NCBI GenBank assembly: GCA_032654565.1
Contig: JAULAX010000021.1
Span: 1 to 62,158 of the forward strand
Source of the DNA: Anaeromyxobacteraceae bacterium
Lineage (GTDB): Bacteria > Myxococcota > Myxococcia > Myxococcales > Anaeromyxobacteraceae
DNA length: 62,158 nt
Reading direction: 5' to 3'
The notes under the pieces are model-generated. The model saw only the letters and a list, made by a program, of their open reading frames with translations, made no database searches and had not been told where the DNA came from. This document shows positions 57,674 to 62,158 of the stretch, in pieces; position 1 is the first letter of the stretch; each line of letters opens with the position of its first letter. A program made the position numbers and the translations under genes.

Positions 57674-60600
57674 ATGTCCCTGCCTCGCCCATCTCGTCTT
57701 CACAACGTCATCGTCGCGGCAGTTCTGACCCTGGCCTGCAGCTCACGCCCTGGGGTGCAGCAGCAGACTCCACCGCCCACCATCACCTTCGAGTCTCCCG
57801 TCGAGGCCAGCTACGTCCACGGCTCCATCACCGTGACCGCCAAAGCCCAGGGTGTCGCCACCATCAAGACCTTCACCTTCACGGCGCCCACGGCGCTCGG
57901 CGCGGCCGCCCCGACTCTCGATCCCGTCAACCACGCCGCGACGCTCTCCACAACGCTCGACCTGAGCCCCTTCCCCGACGGCGTGCTCAAGATCACCGTC
58001 ACCGCCAAGGACGACCTCGGCGGCACCACATCGAAGGACCTCACCGTCAATGTCGCCGCCAAGGCGCCGACCATCACCATCGGCTCGCCCTCGGCCGGCG
58101 CCACCGTGACCGGCTCCGGCGTCGCCGTGACCGCGACCGCGGCTGCGCAGGCGGGCGCCACCATCACCAAGCTCGAGATCCTCACTCCACCCGCCGGGCT
58201 TGGCGCCAACACCTCGGCCGCCGCCGCCTTCTTCGCCGCCACCTGGAATTCCACGCTGGCTCTCGAAGGCTCCGCGACGCTCCACTTCCGCGCCACCGAC
58301 TCCACCGGCCTGATCGGCGACGCCTCCATCACCGTCACCGTCGACAACGTTCCAGCCGGTAGGCTCGACACCTATGTGTTCACGGGCGCCCCGGTAGCCA
58401 ATGCCAACATCGACGTCTGGGCACTCTCCGACGCCGACGGCTCCATCGACACGACCGCCGGCAACGCCGGTCTGCTTGGTTCCGGCGGCCCGACCGACGT
58501 CAGCGGCCACGTTCTCGTCACGCTCACGGCGGAGAACTACAGCGGGCCGATCCAGCTTCGCGCCAGGCCCGCCTCGGGCACCACCTTGCAGTACATCGAC
58601 CCCTCGGACCCCAGCAACGGCTTCATCCAGATCCCGAGTGGTCTCACCCTGTCCAGCCTCATCGCCCACTACACGACCGGCCAGGCCATCACCGCCCCTA
58701 TCAGCCTCACGACCACCCTCGCTGACGCCGAGCTACTCGCGTACGCCGCTGGCCTTCACCGCCTGCACGCCGGCCCGAAGACCATCACCGCCGCCGCCGC
58801 CTACGGCGACGGTCTCTTCACACAGCACGTCCAGGCCAGCACCCCGCGTTGGCTCCTTCGCACTACCGTTCCCGTTGATCTCGCCGCAGGGCCCACCACC
58901 CTCACTGACCGCGCTTACGCCGCGTTCACCGATGTCGCCCTCAACCAACTCGGCAAGGACCTCGGCACCCAGGTGCATGTTTCTGGCGTTATCAACGCCC
59001 CCTTTCTCGTCGCTAAGCTCATTTCCGACCTCGCCGGCGACGGCCAGCTAGACGGCTTCGCCGCTGGCGGCGTCACCATCACCACCCAAACCGGCTCCCC
59101 GCCGTACCCCTTCGATGCCAACACGCTGCGCGTGAAGCTCGCCAACGCTCTCGACACCTGGTCCCAGTCCGTTCGAAATCAGAGCGGCCTCGACCGCTCC
59201 ACGCTCGCCGGCGCCGGCATCTACAACCAGATCGCCAGCGACGCCTCCGAACTGTTCGGCGCTCAAGCCCCCGTCCCCTTCGACAACGTCGGCCCCACCG
59301 TCACCACCACCATCACCTACGGCCCGTCCAATGCCCCGCCCTACGGCGGAACCTTCGTCTCCGGCACCACCAAGATCGTGCTCGTGGCCACCGACACCGG
59401 TGGCGTCAAGTCGGTCTCCGCCAAGCTGGGCGTCCAGACCCTCGACGCGGCCGCCACCAGCGTCACCTCCCCCGACGGCCAAACGCTCACGTACACGGTT
59501 AACGTCAACACGACCCTGCTCTCTGATCTCTCCTACACGCTCTCAGTGACGGCGACCGATCAACGCACCAACGTCTCCAACCTCACGCCTGCGACTCTCA
59601 CCGTCGACAACACGCCACCCACCGTCGCGCAGGCGCAGCCGAGCGCCACCACCTTCTACTCGTCCACGGTGCCCTTCGACGGCACCGCCACCGACGGTGC
59701 TGGCTCGGGAGTCGCTTCGCTCACAACCGTTGGTTTCACCGGCCTCGTTGACGGCGACGTCACCGCGCCGCACTTCCTGGGCCTCTGGACGATTCCTGCT
59801 GGCGCCTCGGAAGGAACCAACAGCGGCACCTGGTCCGCATGCGACAACGTCGGCAACTGTGCCACGCCAGCGCTTGCGGCCAAGGTCGACCGCATTCCCC
59901 CTGCGGTCGCCGTCTCGGGCACCGTGCCCGCCTACGTGAGCACCAACACAATCACCTTCGCCGCCACCGCAACCGACGCTGGCGCCGGTGTCGCTGGCGT
60001 GAGTGCCCAGGTGCCGGGCAACAGCCGCGTCGATGGCACCTTCGCGGCCGGCAAGTGGACCCTCACCAACGTGCCGCTCTTCGTCGGCACCAACAGCGTC
60101 CAGGTCTGGGGCGTTGACCAGGCGTCGCCGGCCAACGGCAGCGCGCCATCCGGCATCGTCGTCTCAGTGACACGGGCCAATCAGCCACCCGCGCCCGGAC
60201 TCACCGCCAAGGCGAGCTACATCGACGAGCGTGGCATCACGCTCAGCGCCGCTACTGTCCCGCCGGCCTACACGCTGGCCAACGCCACCAAGCTCAACGT
60301 CGGCGCTGGCTCCGCCGTCTACAAGGCGTCCTCGCGCCTCACCTCTGCTGGTCTGACTCCGACCATTCTCGAAGGCACCAACCCCGACAACATTCCGTAC
60401 GTGCAGATTCAGGTGCCCTTCGGCCTGGGCACGGCCGCTGTCCAGTCCGCGACCTACTCGGTCACCGTCGCCGGCACCCCGTACTCTGGAGACCTCCTCC
60501 CCTGGAAGAGCCCCGCCAGCACCACCGGCGCCGATCTCTACGATCTGCCGCTCTCGGCCGACCTCTTCCCTGCACTCGCCCAGACTGCCGGCGCGATCTC

Positions 60601-61651
60601 GCTCAGCATCAACGCCACCGTCACCGACATGGCTGGTCAGGTCGGCACGCTCGGCGCCACCAGCGTCACCCTTCACGTCCTCGGCGCGCCCCTCTTCGTG
60701 AACGAAGACACCAGCTACCCGACCTATGGAGACCCCCGCAGCACCCATCCCTACAAGCTCCCAGTCGTCGGCGGAAGCAGCTACAGCACTCTTTTCACCA
60801 CGTCGGGCAGCCCCTTCTTCCTCAACAACGTTCGCATCGTGCGCTACATCATCTCCAACCCGAGCAGCGTGCCCGTCGCTGTTTCCACCACCCTCACCAC
60901 CCCGACCTGGAGCGCCGGCGAGACCTGGAGCCGCTTCCGGGGGGCCGAGAAGTCCACCAACTGGACCACCATCAACGTCAACTTCGGCTCCTACTTCACC
61001 GTGGACGGCATGAATTTGCACGATGCCACGATGCTCCGAACCAACCCCGTCTGCCTCCTGTCGGGCGCTATCGAAGCGGCTCCCCCCACGAATCCGTGCG
61101 CTGGCGTTCCCTGGAACGACAGCGCCGGCACCAAGCGCCTAGCGCACGTTCTCGGTGACACCGTCACCCGATGGACCTGCGTCGACGAAGCGGCCACGTC
61201 CCCTGCTCCCGCGATCACCGCCCTTCCCGACGTGGCGGCCTTCGCCTCCCCACAGCAGTCGGGCGGCGAGGTCACGTCTCCCTCCATCATCGGAGGCAAA
61301 GCTGTTGTTCCTGCCGCCGTGGGTCCCACGCCGGGCCAACTCGTCGTCTACGTGACACGCCCGGTCGGCGCTGTACGCTCGACACCCCTGACCTGGAACG
61401 CGATTACCGCCGGCAATCGCTATGAGCAACAGGAGTCCTGGTTGCTCATCTGGAAACAGACCGCCAATCCCGGCTACGGCTACTGCTGGGAGCAGTACGA
61501 GCCCGCGCTCGGCGGTCGTTACCTCTCCTCCGCCGCAGAAGGCCTCACGGGTTCCTTGCAGTTCGCAACGACCGGCGTGACTGGAGGTGCCCTCATTGGT
61601 GAAAGCGCCTCTGGCCCCGCCTTCGACCTCACCCGCACCATCGCTCACTGA
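57674..61651 (+). CDS. Large Thr/Ala/Gly-rich lipoprotein with multiple bacterial Ig-like domains (candidate adhesin)
   Basis: Lipobox LTLAC; repeated PT(I/V)...SP...V.G and (V)D..PP.V Big-domain boundaries. Confidence 0.8.
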   Translation: MSLPRPSRLHNVIVAAVLTLACSSRPGVQQQTPPPTITFESPVEASYVHGSITVTAKAQGVATIKTFTFTAPTALGAAAPTLDPVNHAATLSTTLDLSPFPDGVLKITVTAKDDLGGTTSKDLTVNVAAKAPTITIGSPSAGATVTGSGVAVTATAAAQAGATITKLEILTPPAGLGANTSAAAAFFAATWNSTLALEGSATLHFRATDSTGLIGDASITVTVDNVPAGRLDTYVFTGAPVANANIDVWALSDADGSIDTTAGNAGLLGSGGPTDVSGHVLVTLTAENYSGPIQLRARPASGTTLQYIDPSDPSNGFIQIPSGLTLSSLIAHYTTGQAITAPISLTTTLADAELLAYAAGLHRLHAGPKTITAAAAYGDGLFTQHVQASTPRWLLRTTVPVDLAAGPTTLTDRAYAAFTDVALNQLGKDLGTQVHVSGVINAPFLVAKLISDLAGDGQLDGFAAGGVTITTQTGSPPYPFDANTLRVKLANALDTWSQSVRNQSGLDRSTLAGAGIYNQIASDASELFGAQAPVPFDNVGPTVTTTITYGPSNAPPYGGTFVSGTTKIVLVATDTGGVKSVSAKLGVQTLDAAATSVTSPDGQTLTYTVNVNTTLLSDLSYTLSVTATDQRTNVSNLTPATLTVDNTPPTVAQAQPSATTFYSSTVPFDGTATDGAGSGVASLTTVGFTGLVDGDVTAPHFLGLWTIPAGASEGTNSGTWSACDNVGNCATPALAAKVDRIPPAVAVSGTVPAYVSTNTITFAATATDAGAGVAGVSAQVPGNSRVDGTFAAGKWTLTNVPLFVGTNSVQVWGVDQASPANGSAPSGIVVSVTRANQPPAPGLTAKASYIDERGITLSAATVPPAYTLANATKLNVGAGSAVYKASSRLTSAGLTPTILEGTNPDNIPYVQIQVPFGLGTAAVQSATYSVTVAGTPYSGDLLPWKSPASTTGADLYDLPLSADLFPALAQTAGAISLSINATVTDMAGQVGTLGATSVTLHVLGAPLFVNEDTSYPTYGDPRSTHPYKLPVVGGSSYSTLFTTSGSPFFLNNVRIVRYIISNPSSVPVAVSTTLTTPTWSAGETWSRFRGAEKSTNWTTINVNFGSYFTVDGMNLHDATMLRTNPVCLLSGAIEAAPPTNPCAGVPWNDSAGTKRLAHVLGDTVTRWTCVDEAATSPAPAITALPDVAAFASPQQSGGEVTSPSIIGGKAVVPAAVGPTPGQLVVYVTRPVGAVRSTPLTWNAITAGNRYEQQESWLLIWKQTANPGYGYCWEQYEPALGGRYLSSAAEGLTGSLQFATTGVTGGALIGESASGPAFDLTRTIAH

Positions 61652-61692
61652 CCGTCAGCAACCCTATTCCCGCGACCCCTACTGGAGCACCA

Positions 61693-62088
61693 ATGCGACG
61701 CACCATCCCCGTTCTCGCTCTCCTCCTCGCCGCTTGTGGCTCCCAAGGCCCTACCGGTCCGGTTGGTCCTCCCGGTCCGGGCCTGGACCGCACCAAGTCT
61801 TACTGCGACACCGTGTCTGGGCAGGGCACCCAGATCTCCAACACCTGGACCCAGGTCGCCCTGTGCCGCTCAATGACTGACATTCCCCTCAGCGGCGACT
61901 GCTATCTCGCTGCCTCACCGGGCGTCTCGGAATTCTTCTACGTCTCCCGGAGCGAGGGACTTTACTGGAACGACCCGACCTCGAACGCCCGCTGGATTTG
62001 CACTTGGTCTCCTATGCCAGGTGCGCCGTCCCCGATCGCTGTCGCCAACTTCCCCGGGCGCTCCGAGATCTGCTGCGTCAGCCCCTAG
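61693..62088 (+). CDS. Cys-rich lipoprotein with a short collagen-like segment
   Basis: Lipobox LLAAC followed by GPTGPVGPPGPG; several Cys residues. Confidence 0.7.
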   Translation: MRRTIPVLALLLAACGSQGPTGPVGPPGPGLDRTKSYCDTVSGQGTQISNTWTQVALCRSMTDIPLSGDCYLAASPGVSEFFYVSRSEGLYWNDPTSNARWICTWSPMPGAPSPIAVANFPGRSEICCVSP

Positions 62089-62158
62089 TCACACCGCCCT
62101 GCAGCCGCTCGGGAGACGCCGACCTTCGACACGAACCCGCCGCCTCCCGAGCCCCTCC

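Larger units (their letters stand above)
1..62158. mobile_element. Putative conjugative plasmid, possibly a complete circle that has been linearised; likely Myxococcota host
   Basis: Contains Rep with iterons, ParA/ParB with parS-like sites, a resolvase, TA systems, T4CP with T4SS, topA and ssb. No housekeeping chromosomal genes and no integrase were recognised. Confidence 0.85.

Overview
This GC-rich 62 kb window looks like most or all of a conjugative plasmid, probably from a Myxococcota host. The host call is an inference from the myxobacterial-style Ser/Thr kinase and FHA-GGDEF proteins. Nearly all genes lie on the + strand. From left to right: (i) ssb, an outer-membrane beta-barrel gene, a RepA_C-type initiator and an iteron origin; (ii) a defence block with a frameshifted PHP+ABC-ATPase and a fused restriction-modification enzyme; (iii) a ~27 kb leading-region-like cargo array (resolvase, FHA proteins, ParB-like protein, RadC/JAB, MBL nuclease, two type II TA pairs, a putative ADP-ribosyltransferase, an AAA/VWA pair); (iv) parA-parB with palindromic parS-like sites; (v) a structured intergenic region that is a candidate oriT; (vi) a T4SS operon with VirD4, two Replic_Relax-like proteins, VirB2/3/4/5/6/8/9-like genes, a Ser/Thr kinase fused to a VirB10/TrbI domain, and topA; (vii) a giant Ig-repeat lipoprotein. 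Three signals stand out: the kinase-VirB10 fusion on an element that also carries FHA proteins; a family of 11 conserved hairpins upstream of cargo genes whose mismatches point to folding on the template (minus) strand; and a palindromic operator shared by three promoters. All family assignments were made by eye from motifs, and no database searches were run.
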